Shown here piece after piece: positions 39,558 to 48,952 of a DNA stretch of 64,000 nt; the first letter of the stretch is position 1, and each line of letters starts with the position of its first letter. A model generated the notes under the pieces. That model was not told where the DNA came from, made no database searches, and saw nothing but the letters and a program-made list of their open reading frames with translations. A program made the position numbers and the translations under genes. The stretch comes from Candidatus Foliamicus sp. (GTDB taxonomy: Bacteria; Pseudomonadota; Gammaproteobacteria; Steroidobacterales; Foliamicaceae): the NCBI GenBank assembly GCA_965261845.1, contig OZ253475.1:3238152-3302151 (forward strand). Reading direction: 5' to 3'.

Positions 39558-41282
39558 TTACTCCCGCACGTCGGCGCCGCCGTTGCGCCGGGGATCGCTG
39601 GCCGCCGTCACGGTTCCATCCGCGTAGTCGAAGGTAATCGCCTGCATGTTGCCCCACGGCCGCGGCGACTCGCGAAGGCTGTGGCCCATCTCGGCGAGAG
39701 CTTCCTGCAAATCGGCATCCAGCGCGCCTGACTCGAAGGAAATCGAGTCGGGTATGTACTGATGATGGATGCGTGGCGCGCCCACGATTCCGGAAGCGTC
39801 GGCGCCGTCAATCCAGCGCAGGGCGCCCAGTAATACCATGGTTACGATGCGGCTGCCGCCGGGTGTGCCCAGGATCGCGAGCCCGCGCTCCGATTCCAGG
39901 AACGTGGGCGTCATGCTGGACAGCATGCGCTTGCCGGGTTCGATGCCGTTGGCATGCGAATGTACCAATCCAAACACGTTGGGCGACCCGGACCTGACCG
40001 AGAAGTCGTCCATCTCATTGTTGAGTATCACTCCTGAGCCGGCGGCCACGAAGCCGGACCCGAACAGGGTATTGATGGTTTGCGTTACCGCAGCGCGATT
40101 GCCGTCCTTGTCCATGACCGAGAAGTGACTTGTGTCGGTTCCAAGAGGCCTCTGGCTGACCGGCCCCGGCAGCATATCGCTGGCCGTGGCGCGGTCCATG
40201 CGAACGCTGGCCAGCAATCCGTCCGCGTACCAGGGGTGAATCAAGCGTTCTATCGGAACAGATACGAAGTCCGAATCGCCCAGATACTCGGCTCGATCGC
40301 GATAGGCGCGCCGAATCGCTTCCACCAGCAGGTGGGTGCGGGCAGGCTCATCGAGTTGGGCGAATCCCCGGTGTCCGAGCATGTTGAAAACCTGCGCCAG
40401 GCCCACGCCGCCGGCCGAGGGAGGTGGTGCGGTGGTCACGTGAACCTTGCCGTACTGAAAGCGAATCGGTTGCCGTTCGACTACGCGATAGGCTGACAGA
40501 TCATCCACGCTCCAGATGCCTCCTGCGCGCCGTACTTCCTCCACCATGCGTTCGGCTTCGCGGCCTGAATAGAAGCTGTCGGGACCCTCTTCCGCCAGGC
40601 GTTCCAGGGTGGCTGCCAAGTCCGGCTGCCGGATCAGCTCTCCCAGCTCAGGCGGCTCCCCTGACGGCATGAATACGGCCAGAAACGCCTTCGAGGGCGA
40701 GCCTCGCGATGCGAATCCCCGCAACCGCCGAATTGTGCCTTCGTCCACTTCAACGCCTTCCTTCGCAAGCCGTATAGCCGGCTGGAGGCTTTGGGCAAGC
40801 GGCAGGCGCCCGAATTTCTCTGCTACGTGAGCGAGCCCGGCGGGCAGCCCGGGGATACCTGCCGCAAGTGCTCCGGACAGTGAAGCTTGCCGAATGGGTT
40901 CGCCGTCCTCATCCAGGTACATATCCCGGGTGGCTTCGCCGGGAGCCGTTTCGCGGGCGTCCACGAATACTTCGTATCCGTCGCTGGCCCGGTGCAGCAG
41001 AAAGAAGCCTCCGCCGCCCATGCCGGAGCTGTGCGGCTCCGCTACCGAAAGGGCGGCGCTGACCGCGACCGTTGCGTCGAAGGCGTTACCCCCCTGGGCA
41101 AGTATTTCAAAGCCCGCCTCGGTGGCCGCGGGATGCGCGCTGGCAATGGCAGCCCGACCGGGGACGGGCGAAGCGGGGGATTGGGCGCCTTGCGATCCCG
41201 CGATAGCGATCGAAGCGCTTGCTATCCACAAGAAAACCGCCGGCCCGATTTTTCGGCCGGCGTGTCCAAGAACAAGACTCAT
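39558..41282 (-). CDS. ggt: Gamma-glutamyltransferase
   Basis: GGNAFDA, SGMGGGGF, DARETAP, TSHFSV (nucleophile Thr), LNNEMDDF, LSSMTPT, GTPGGSRI. Confidence 0.96.
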   Translation of the reverse strand: MSLVLGHAGRKIGPAVFLWIASASIAIAGSQGAQSPASPVPGRAAIASAHPAATEAGFEILAQGGNAFDATVAVSAALSVAEPHSSGMGGGGFFLLHRASDGYEVFVDARETAPGEATRDMYLDEDGEPIRQASLSGALAAGIPGLPAGLAHVAEKFGRLPLAQSLQPAIRLAKEGVEVDEGTIRRLRGFASRGSPSKAFLAVFMPSGEPPELGELIRQPDLAATLERLAEEGPDSFYSGREAERMVEEVRRAGGIWSVDDLSAYRVVERQPIRFQYGKVHVTTAPPPSAGGVGLAQVFNMLGHRGFAQLDEPARTHLLVEAIRRAYRDRAEYLGDSDFVSVPIERLIHPWYADGLLASVRMDRATASDMLPGPVSQRPLGTDTSHFSVMDKDGNRAAVTQTINTLFGSGFVAAGSGVILNNEMDDFSVRSGSPNVFGLVHSHANGIEPGKRMLSSMTPTFLESERGLAILGTPGGSRIVTMVLLGALRWIDGADASGIVGAPRIHHQYIPDSISFESGALDADLQEALAEMGHSLRESPRPWGNMQAITFDYADGTVTAASDPRRNGGADVRE

Positions 41283-41770
41283 TACAGATGCTCCTTGAGC
41301 GCAGATACCACTGTTGGATGTACAAAACTCGATACGTTGCCGCCCATGCCTGCGATTTCCCGCACCAGGGATGAGGAGACGTGGGCGTTTTCTTCCGAAG
41401 GCGTCAGGTAGACTGTCTCGATTGAAGGGTCCAGGCGGCGGTTCATTCCCGCCAGTTGAAATTCGTGCTCAAAGTCGCTGACCGCACGCAGTCCGCGCAG
41501 AATCGCGTGCAGCCCGTGGCTGCGCGCGTAGACCACGGTCAAGCCGCTGTAGCCATCCACTCGCGCCTCGGGCACATCGGCCAATGCCTCGCGCGCCAGG
41601 CGGATTCGCGTGTCCAGGTCAAACAGTGGTGACTTGGACGGACTGGCGGCTACGGCCACCACCACTTCGCCGAACAAATTCGCGGCGCGGCGCACCAGGT
41701 CGCAATGACCATTGGTGATCGGGTCAAAGGTGCCGGGATACATGATCCCGCGCTTTGTTTGTGGGTTCAT
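41282..41770 (-). CDS. coaD: Phosphopantetheine adenylyltransferase
   Basis: YPGTFDPITNGH, RGLRAVSDFEHE, SSSLVREI. Start trimmed to MNPQ. Confidence 0.97.
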   Translation of the reverse strand: MNPQTKRGIMYPGTFDPITNGHCDLVRRAANLFGEVVVAVAASPSKSPLFDLDTRIRLAREALADVPEARVDGYSGLTVVYARSHGLHAILRGLRAVSDFEHEFQLAGMNRRLDPSIETVYLTPSEENAHVSSSLVREIAGMGGNVSSFVHPTVVSALKEHL

Positions 41771-42345
41771 TCTGTTCGGCTCCGGCCAACCAGCATTATC
41801 CGTACGTCTCCAATCACCGATTCGCGCAATACACCCAGATTCGCGGGTAACTGCGGCATTGGCTCGTGCTGGTGCGATTCCAGGTACAGGCGGCAATTGT
41901 CGGCAAGCCACCCGTTGACGGCAAGAAGTGTACAGCAGCGCGCGATCAAGCCACTCTCAAACGGCGGGTCCAGGAACACGATATCCATGGGCGCATGTCC
42001 TCCCCTGTCGGCTTTTCCAAGCCACTGACGGGCGTTGGCCCGCTCGACCGCGCCGTTTATGTCCCACTCGGCAAGGACATGGCGGAGCATCGTTACCGGT
42101 TCCCGGCGTGACTCCACGAATACGCACTCGGAAGCTCCGCGCGACAACGCTTCCACTCCCAATGCGCCGGCGCCGGCGAAAAGATCCAGGCAGCGTGCCT
42201 TATGCACGAAGGGCGCAAGCCAATTGAACAGGGTTTCGCGGGCCCGCGCCGGTGTCGGCCGCACGCCCGCGGGGACTGCCAGCATGCGTCCGCGCAGGCT
42301 TCCGCCGGCAATGCGCACCCGGCCGTTTCGTTTACTCGCTGGCAT
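41767..42345 (-). CDS. rsmD: 16S rRNA m2G966 methyltransferase
   Basis: VRIAGGSLRGR, RPTPARARETLFNWL, LDLFAGAGALG, FLDPPF. Confidence 0.95.
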   Translation of the reverse strand: MPASKRNGRVRIAGGSLRGRMLAVPAGVRPTPARARETLFNWLAPFVHKARCLDLFAGAGALGVEALSRGASECVFVESRREPVTMLRHVLAEWDINGAVERANARQWLGKADRGGHAPMDIVFLDPPFESGLIARCCTLLAVNGWLADNCRLYLESHQHEPMPQLPANLGVLRESVIGDVRIMLVGRSRTE

Positions 42346-42441
42346 GGCGCGAGAGTATCATTTCGCGGGCTGCGCCTTTTCAAAGGGGGCGCTTGGGAAG
42401 CGCAGAAGCAATACGTACTGCGGGAAACGACACTCGATTCC

Positions 42442-43110
42442 ATGATTCGCCTTGAGCAATTGACCATGCGCTACCGGGGTGGGGCGGAAGCGTTGTCGGA
42501 AGTTAGCCTGAGCGTCGAGTCAGGAGAATTCGCCTATGTGACGGGACCGTCCGGGGCTGGCAAGACCACCCTGGTGAAGCTGCTGGCGGCGATTGAGCGG
42601 CCGACCCGGGGTCAGGTCTTCGTGCTGGGACGAAACGTCGGGCGCCTGGGCCCAAGGTCGGTTTGTCAGCACCGGCGCAACATCGGAATCGTTTTCCAGA
42701 ACAACCTGCTGCTGGACGACCGAAGCGCTTTTGAGAATGTAGCCTTGCCGCTGCATATTGCCGGTCTTGGCCCCCGCGAAGTGCGGCGCCGCACCGAGGC
42801 TGCGCTTGATGCCGTGGGGCTACTCGGCAGTACCCGGAAGGCCCCCCGCTTGCTTTCGCAAGGGGAGCAGCAACGTCTGGGCATCGCCAGGGCGGTCGTC
42901 ACCCGGCCGCAGCTGCTGCTCGCCGATGAGCCCACCGGTAACCTGGACCCGGAGTTGTCGCGTGAGGTCATGGAATTGTTTCGGCGCATGGCGGGTTACG
43001 GCGTTACGGCCCTGGTGGCCACCCATGACGTCGCCCTGATCGAGTCTCTGCCGGCTCGGCGCATCAGCCTGCTGGACGGGCGAATCGAATCGGATATTTC
43101 GCCGCCATGA
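42442..43110 (+). CDS. ftsE: Cell-division ABC ATPase
   Basis: GPSGAGKT, LSQGEQQR, LLADEPTGNLD; 222 aa; coupled to ftsX. Confidence 0.93.
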   Translation: MIRLEQLTMRYRGGAEALSEVSLSVESGEFAYVTGPSGAGKTTLVKLLAAIERPTRGQVFVLGRNVGRLGPRSVCQHRRNIGIVFQNNLLLDDRSAFENVALPLHIAGLGPREVRRRTEAALDAVGLLGSTRKAPRLLSQGEQQRLGIARAVVTRPQLLLADEPTGNLDPELSREVMELFRRMAGYGVTALVATHDVALIESLPARRISLLDGRIESDISPP

Positions 43111-44018
43111 AGCCTGTTCTCCATTTAAGGCGCCATCTCACCTGCTGCCAATCGGAATTCGTGCGGCTGGTCCGGCAGCCACTGGGCAGCCTGATGACGG
43201 TGGCTGCAATCGGACTGGCCCTGGCTTTGCCGGCGGGCCTGAGCACGGCCCTGGGCAACGTTGAGGGTTTGGCCGCGGCCTGGGGCGAAGCGCGTTCGTT
43301 TTCAGCATATTTGAAGCCCGAGGTAGGCATTGCCGGCGCCGAGCAATTGGCGGAAGATCTTGAGCGCGACACGGGAGTCGGATCAGTGCGGCGAATCAGT
43401 CCCCGGGAAGCCCTTGCGATCCTCGAGGGGCGGGGTGAATTCCCCGGCGCGACCGAGACCCTGGATGACAATCCACTGCCCTGGACTCTTGTAGTCACAC
43501 CGGCCCCCACCGCCGCGGACAATGACTTTCTGGCGTTGCAGGAGACCGTGTCCACCCTGGACCAAGTAGACCAGGTTCGAGCCGACACCCAATGGCTGCA
43601 GCGCATGAGCGCAATGCTCGCACTTGCCGGCCAGGCCCTGTTGCTGGTCATGGTGATGATTCTGGTCGCGCTGATCGTCGTCATCGGCAATACGGTTCGC
43701 CTGGAGATACAAAGGCAGCGCGATGCCATAGAGGTACTGTCGCTTCTCGGCGCCAGCCGCGGCTACATGCGTCGCCCCTACCTGTACCAGGGGTTCTGGT
43801 ACGGGCTTGGCGGCGGTGTGGTGGCGGTCGTACTTGTGCGCCTCGGCATGTGGGCTCTGGGCGATTCGTTTGCAGAGCTGGTGACGCTCTATGACAGCGG
43901 CCGCGCTCTCCAAGGCGCGCGCTGGGAACAGGAACTGCTGACTCTGGGTTTGGGCGCAGCGATCGGGTGGCTCGGCGCCTGGCGGGCTGTCGCCGGCCAG
44001 CTACGCACACTGGACTAG
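43107..44018 (+). CDS. ftsX: Cell-division permease
   Basis: PLGSLMTVAAIGLALALP, NPLP, IGNTVRLEI, LLGASRGYMRRPYLYQG. Confidence 0.93.
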   Translation: MKPVLHLRRHLTCCQSEFVRLVRQPLGSLMTVAAIGLALALPAGLSTALGNVEGLAAAWGEARSFSAYLKPEVGIAGAEQLAEDLERDTGVGSVRRISPREALAILEGRGEFPGATETLDDNPLPWTLVVTPAPTAADNDFLALQETVSTLDQVDQVRADTQWLQRMSAMLALAGQALLLVMVMILVALIVVIGNTVRLEIQRQRDAIEVLSLLGASRGYMRRPYLYQGFWYGLGGGVVAVVLVRLGMWALGDSFAELVTLYDSGRALQGARWEQELLTLGLGAAIGWLGAWRAVAGQLRTLD

Positions 44019-44057
44019 CCGGAATTTCGCTCTACGGCCGGAACAAAACGCTAACGC

Positions 44058-44990
44058 CTAACTGTCGGGCAGTTTGGGCAGATCGGGCTTGGTCAGGCGC
44101 ACGAACAGTTCTTCCAGGCGATTGGTCTTGTGGCGGATGCTGGACACCCGTATCCCGGCAGCGCTCAGGAGCTCGAAGAAATCATTGAGGCTGCGCTCCG
44201 CGGCCACCTCCACTTCCATTTCATCGCGGCTACGCCAGTGCACCTGAAAGCCGGCGAATTTCTGGCCCGGTTTTGCCGGCTCTTGTAGCGAAATAACGAA
44301 GTGCTGTTCCGGCAATTGCCGCAGCACCCGCTCCATGCGGTCCTCCACCACAATCTCACCGTGATCCAGGATCGCAATGCGGCGGCACAGGTTTTCCGCT
44401 TCTTCCAGGTAGTGAGTGGTCAGGATGATTGTCACGCCGCTCTCGTTGATCTCGCGCAACAAGTGCCACATTGAACGCCGGATCTCGATGTCCACGCCTG
44501 CGGTGGGCTCATCCAGAATCAGCAGCCTGGGCTCGTGAACGAGTGCGCGGGCGATCATCAGGCGCCGCTTCATCCCGCCGGACAGCGTCCGGGCGAGCAT
44601 GTCGCGCTGGTCCCAAAGGCGAACCGCCCTGAGGCACTTCTCGGCGTTGCGGCGAGCCTGGCGTGGCGTCAAACCGAAGTATCCCGCCTGGTGCATGAGT
44701 GTGGGCAGAAGCTTCTCGAACATGTTGAGGTTCACTTCCTGAGGTGTCACCCCGATGCATTTCTTCACCGCGCCCCAGTCGCGATCGAGGTCGTGGCCGA
44801 ATACCTTCACCTTGCCGGCGGTCTTGTTAACCAGGGTGGTGATGATTCCTATGGCAGTGGTCTTGCCGGCGCCATTGGGGCCGAGCAGAGCGTAGAATTC
44901 GCCTTCCCGCACCGTCAGATCAATGCCCTTGAGCGCCTGCACGCCATTGGGGTAGACCTTGGACAGTCCTTTGAGTGAAAGTGCGTCCAC
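44058..44990 (-). CDS. ABC-2 type exporter ATP-binding subunit (YadG-like)
   Basis: GPNGAGKTT, LSGGMKRRLMIARAL, LDEPTAGVD, TTHYLEEAE, NRLEELF. Confidence 0.93.
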   Translation of the reverse strand: MDALSLKGLSKVYPNGVQALKGIDLTVREGEFYALLGPNGAGKTTAIGIITTLVNKTAGKVKVFGHDLDRDWGAVKKCIGVTPQEVNLNMFEKLLPTLMHQAGYFGLTPRQARRNAEKCLRAVRLWDQRDMLARTLSGGMKRRLMIARALVHEPRLLILDEPTAGVDIEIRRSMWHLLREINESGVTIILTTHYLEEAENLCRRIAILDHGEIVVEDRMERVLRQLPEQHFVISLQEPAKPGQKFAGFQVHWRSRDEMEVEVAAERSLNDFFELLSAAGIRVSSIRHKTNRLEELFVRLTKPDLPKLPDS

Positions 44991-45082
44991 AGGTTCGAAT
45001 TGTGCAGTGCGCGCTCCCCAAAGGAAAGTAGGCGCGGCCGCAACGCCATGGCCCCACAGTTGGAAATACCTGCGGAACAGTA

Positions 45083-45137
45083 TTGACAGTCACGGATTTC
45101 GTTTCATAATATGCGCCCCATAGTGCTTTTATGAGCA
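45083..45137 (+). promoter_or_regulatory. arg operon promoter with possible ARG box
   Basis: TTGACA 45083-45088, 16 bp, CATAAT 45105-45110. TGCTTTTATGAGCA (45124-45137) matches the TGMAT-W4-ATKCA core at 11/14 positions. Confidence 0.5.
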
Positions 45138-45141
45138 TGTT

Positions 45142-45600
45142 ATGCCTAACAACAACAGCAATATGGCCCGCCGCCACGAGCTCATAGCGGACCTCATCCG
45201 CGGGCAAGCCGTGGGCAGCCAGGCTCAACTGAGCGAACTGCTGTCCGAGCGCGGAATTCGGGTTACCCAATCGTGCATCAGCCGCGACCTGTCCCTGCTG
45301 GGCGCGGTCAAGCGTGGTCGGGCCTACACCGTTGCCCATACCGATATTTCCGAGGATGATCGGCAAGTATTTGCCGCCTATGCCCGTGATCTGTCGCACG
45401 CGGGGCCGAACCTGGCCATAGTGCGTACGGCCACCGGGGCCGCCCAGCGCATTGCGCTGTTTCTCGACCGTTGCGGCTGGCCTGAGGTCCTGGCCACCGT
45501 GGCCGGAGACGACACGATATTCGTGGCTACCAGGAATCGGGCCGAACAGCGCATCCTGTTGGCGCGTCTGCGCCGCACGATGGCCGAAGCTCCCTTCTGA
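45142..45600 (+). CDS. argR: Arginine repressor
   Basis: TQSCISRDL, VRTATGAA, ATVAGDDTIFV. Confidence 0.95.
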   Translation: MPNNNSNMARRHELIADLIRGQAVGSQAQLSELLSERGIRVTQSCISRDLSLLGAVKRGRAYTVAHTDISEDDRQVFAAYARDLSHAGPNLAIVRTATGAAQRIALFLDRCGWPEVLATVAGDDTIFVATRNRAEQRILLARLRRTMAEAPF

Positions 45601-45625
45601 ACTGCAAACAGGCGTTTAGAGAACT

Positions 45626-46852
45626 ATGAGCACTACACCCATCGTGCTGGCCTTTTCCGGCGGACTGGACACTTCTTTCTGTGTTCCCTGGCTGAGCGAG
45701 GAGTATCAGCGCCCGGTTGTGACGCTTACGGTCAACACCGGGGGCATAGACGCGGCGCAGGCGGCGGCGCTTGAGCAGCGCGCCCGGGCGCTTGGCGCCG
45801 AGCGCCATCTGCTGGTTGAAGCCCGTCCGCAGTTCTTCGATGAGGTCATTCGTTACCTGATCGCCGGCAACGTGCGCCGCGGGCATGGCTATCCATTGTG
45901 CGTGGGCGCCGAGCGCGGCATTCAGGCGCGGCTCCTGGCTCTGACTGCGCGGGAATTGGGCAGCGATACGGTAGCGCACGGTTGTACCGCCGCGGGCAAT
46001 GATCAGTTTCGGTTTGAGATGGCCATGCGTACCCTGGCGCCCGAAATCACCGTGTTGGCGCCGGTCCGCGACGAGTCCTTTCAACGCCGGCAACAGATCG
46101 AATACTTAAAGCAGCACAACGCCCCGGCGCTTCCTGCGAGCGGCGATTACTCGATCAATCGGGGCCTTTGGGGCGTGACCATCGGGGGCAAGGAGACGCT
46201 GACCTCCTCCGAGTCGATCCCGGAATCCGCTTGGGTGCTCTCCGCCGGTGCGCTGACTAATCCACTGCCGCAAGAGTCACACGAACTGGAGTTTGCAGCG
46301 GGTGTACCAGTGCGCTGGGACGGCGAAAGCATGTCGCCGGTTGAATTGATCGAAACCCTGGAGGAGGCCGGAGCACGCTTCGGCATCGGGCGCGGCATTC
46401 ACCTGGGCGACACCATCCTGGGCGCAAAGGGCCGGGTGGCCTACGAAGCCCCTGGCGCGGAAATTCTGATCAATGCTCACCGCGAATTGGAAAAACTCAC
46501 CCTGGGCGCGGGGCAATTGAGGGTGAAGGACAGCTTGGCGGCCATCTACGGCGACCTGGTGCACGAGGGCAAGCATTTGGATCCCGTATGCCGCGATATC
46601 GAAGCCTTCTTCGACAGCTCGCAATCCCGGGTGACGGGTCGTGTGCGCCTGTTGCTCAGGCCGGGGAGTGTGTGGGTACGTGGCGTGGAATCGCGCTACT
46701 CCCTGCTCGCGGCCACCAGCGGAGTGTACGGAGAGAGCGCCGGCGAATGGACGCCGCGCGACGCCCTTGGCGCTGCCCGGGTCATGGCTCTTCCGGGAAT
46801 GCTGCACAGCCGGGTGGCCGATGCCGAGAGCCGGGAGAACAACGATGCGTAG
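45626..46852 (+). CDS. argG: Argininosuccinate synthase
   Basis: VLAFSGGLDTS, AHGCTAAGNDQFRFE, YSINRGLWG, RVAYEAPG. Confidence 0.96.
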   Translation: MSTTPIVLAFSGGLDTSFCVPWLSEEYQRPVVTLTVNTGGIDAAQAAALEQRARALGAERHLLVEARPQFFDEVIRYLIAGNVRRGHGYPLCVGAERGIQARLLALTARELGSDTVAHGCTAAGNDQFRFEMAMRTLAPEITVLAPVRDESFQRRQQIEYLKQHNAPALPASGDYSINRGLWGVTIGGKETLTSSESIPESAWVLSAGALTNPLPQESHELEFAAGVPVRWDGESMSPVELIETLEEAGARFGIGRGIHLGDTILGAKGRVAYEAPGAEILINAHRELEKLTLGAGQLRVKDSLAAIYGDLVHEGKHLDPVCRDIEAFFDSSQSRVTGRVRLLLRPGSVWVRGVESRYSLLAATSGVYGESAGEWTPRDALGAARVMALPGMLHSRVADAESRENNDA

Positions 46853-47906
46853 CGTGATTGTCGACAAGCTGTCCTCGGTGGCGACCGGTCTGGATCTCGG
46901 TCGCGAGATTCGGGTGGGAGACAACATTCCCAGCGAGGAAGGAGTGATCGTGGCGGCGCAAGTACTTAACGAGAAGTCGTCCTATAACCGGCTGGAATTG
47001 GCCAGCGGGCGAATGGCCCGGGTACGCAAGGGCGACGTGGTTGTGGGCGCCCTGGGGCACCGCAAGGCCTTGTTCGGGTACTCGGGGCATCTGCCGGAAT
47101 CGGTCAAGCCCGGCGACCTGCTGCAACTGCTGAATATCGGCGGCGTGCTGGGTGTGTGCGATTCAATAAACGCCAACATGGGACGGCCCTTCGATACTCG
47201 TGTCCTGGGCGTTGTGCTGGAATTTCCCTTCCTGGGAGAACGTGTGGGCGTGCCGGCACGGGTAGGTGACGAATCGCTGAACATCGGGGAAAGCGGCGAG
47301 CTGAATCTTGGCGGCGTTCCGGTTGTAGCCCTGGCCGGTACCTGCATGAACTCCGGCAAGACCGCGGCGGCCTGCGCGATCATCGGACGGTTACGGCACG
47401 AGGGCTACGTGGTGGACGCCTTCAAGGCCACCGGTGTGTCTCTGCGCCGGGATATCCTGGCGATGGAGGACGCAGGCGCCCGCAATACCGCCATCTTTAC
47501 CGACTTCGGCGTGGTCAGTACCGCGCCGGAGAATGCGCCGGCCCTGGTTCGCGCCATGCTCCGCCGAATGGCCTCGGCCGGCCCCGATGTGATCCTGTTC
47601 GAATTGGGGGACGGTATTCTCGGTGCGTACGGAGTAGAAGCAATCCTGGCTGATGCAGGAATACGCTCCTCTCTTACCTGCCTGCTGCTGTGCGCCAGCG
47701 ACCCGGTGGCGGCCTGGGGCGGGGTGCGCCTGCTCAAGGAACAGTATGGGATCGAGGTCGCCGCGGTAACCGGGCCGGCCACCGACAACCAGGTCGGTCT
47801 GGACATACTGGCCCAGCGCATCGGCGTACCGGGCTACAACGCCATCACCCATGGCGCGGAACTCGGCGAGTTCGTTGCCGGCAATGTTTCCCTGAGCCGG
47901 TCATGA
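46845..47906 (+). CDS. DUF1611/DgcN-related P-loop protein embedded in the arg operon; candidate N-acylglutamate synthase
   Basis: GDVVVGALGHR N-domain; AGTCMNSGKT; KATG; DAGA..FTDFG..ST; ELGDG. 8-nt overlap with argG and ATGA overlap with argC; 353 aa. Confidence 0.8.
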   Translation: MRSVIVDKLSSVATGLDLGREIRVGDNIPSEEGVIVAAQVLNEKSSYNRLELASGRMARVRKGDVVVGALGHRKALFGYSGHLPESVKPGDLLQLLNIGGVLGVCDSINANMGRPFDTRVLGVVLEFPFLGERVGVPARVGDESLNIGESGELNLGGVPVVALAGTCMNSGKTAAACAIIGRLRHEGYVVDAFKATGVSLRRDILAMEDAGARNTAIFTDFGVVSTAPENAPALVRAMLRRMASAGPDVILFELGDGILGAYGVEAILADAGIRSSLTCLLLCASDPVAAWGGVRLLKEQYGIEVAAVTGPATDNQVGLDILAQRIGVPGYNAITHGAELGEFVAGNVSLSRS

Positions 47907-48952
47907 GCATTCCGGCAGTAGTTCTGGGGGCATCAGGCTATGTAGCCGGAGAACTGCTGCGTATCCTTGCCGGCCACCCGGAATTCCAGGTGGCCGCGGC
48001 AATTTCCCGGAGTAACGCCGGCGCGGCGGTCGAATCGGTTTTTCCCAACCTGACCGGCGTCCGGCCGAAGCTATGCTTTCGTCCACTGGCCGAATTGGGA
48101 GACGCACTCAAGGAACCGTGCGCAATATTCTCCTGCGCCCCCCACGGGGCGAGCGCCGGTCTTGTGGCCCTGGCGCTCAAGCTGGCCGACTCGAATGGCA
48201 GCGCTGTTCGGATCGTGGACGCCTCGGCGGATTTTCGATTTGCCAGCGCAGCCGCATACGAACAGGTGTACGGCGCAAGCCACGGCGCTCCCGAATTGCT
48301 GCCGCTGTTTTCCTGCGCGCTACCCGAACATCGGGCTGCGGCGGATACACCGCATATCGGCCACCCGGGCTGTTTCGCCAGCGCAATGCTGTTGGCGTCG
48401 GTGCCGCTGATGCGCTCGGGGCTGATAGACGGGCCCTTGTTCACCAGCGGCGTGACCGGCAGCACCGGCGCCGGTAAGCAGCCGCTTCAAACCACCCATC
48501 ATCCGGTTCGCCATTCCAATATGTTTGCTTACCGGCCCTTGCGCCATCGCCACGCACCGGAGGTCGAGGCAGTTTGCGAGGCGGTGAGCGGCGCGCGTCC
48601 GCAACTCCGGTTCGTACCCCATTCCGGGCCGTTCGCGCGCGGCATCCACCTGACCATGCAAGCCGCGCTCAAGCCGGAGGCGGACGAACGCAAGGTGCGT
48701 GCGGCCTTTGCCGATGCCTACCTGGAATCGCCGTTCGTGCACGTGATAGACAGCCCGCCCAGGTTGAAGGACGTTGTCGGCGGAAATCATGCTCATCTTG
48801 CGATTACCGTCCGCGATGGTTCGGTGGCGGTCTTCGTGGTGCTGGACAACCTGGTCAAGGGTGCGGCAGGCGGGGCGGTGCAATGGATGAACCGCCTGTA
48901 CGGCCTTGAAGAAACCGCCGGCCTTGCCGCGGCAGGTCCGGCATGGACATGA
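47903..48952 (+). CDS. argC: N-acetyl-gamma-glutamyl-phosphate reductase
   Basis: GASGYVAGELLRIL, HPGCF, GSTGAG, HRHAPE, PFARGI, DNLVKGAAGGA. Confidence 0.96.
   Translation: MSIPAVVLGASGYVAGELLRILAGHPEFQVAAAISRSNAGAAVESVFPNLTGVRPKLCFRPLAELGDALKEPCAIFSCAPHGASAGLVALALKLADSNGSAVRIVDASADFRFASAAAYEQVYGASHGAPELLPLFSCALPEHRAAADTPHIGHPGCFASAMLLASVPLMRSGLIDGPLFTSGVTGSTGAGKQPLQTTHHPVRHSNMFAYRPLRHRHAPEVEAVCEAVSGARPQLRFVPHSGPFARGIHLTMQAALKPEADERKVRAAFADAYLESPFVHVIDSPPRLKDVVGGNHAHLAITVRDGSVAVFVVLDNLVKGAAGGAVQWMNRLYGLEETAGLAAAGPAWT

Noticed and set aside
39109-39657. ORFs spanning the mutM-ggt junction containing the GNEGVPPS peptide
   Set aside because: Spurious frames through the REP cluster that overlap two real genes.
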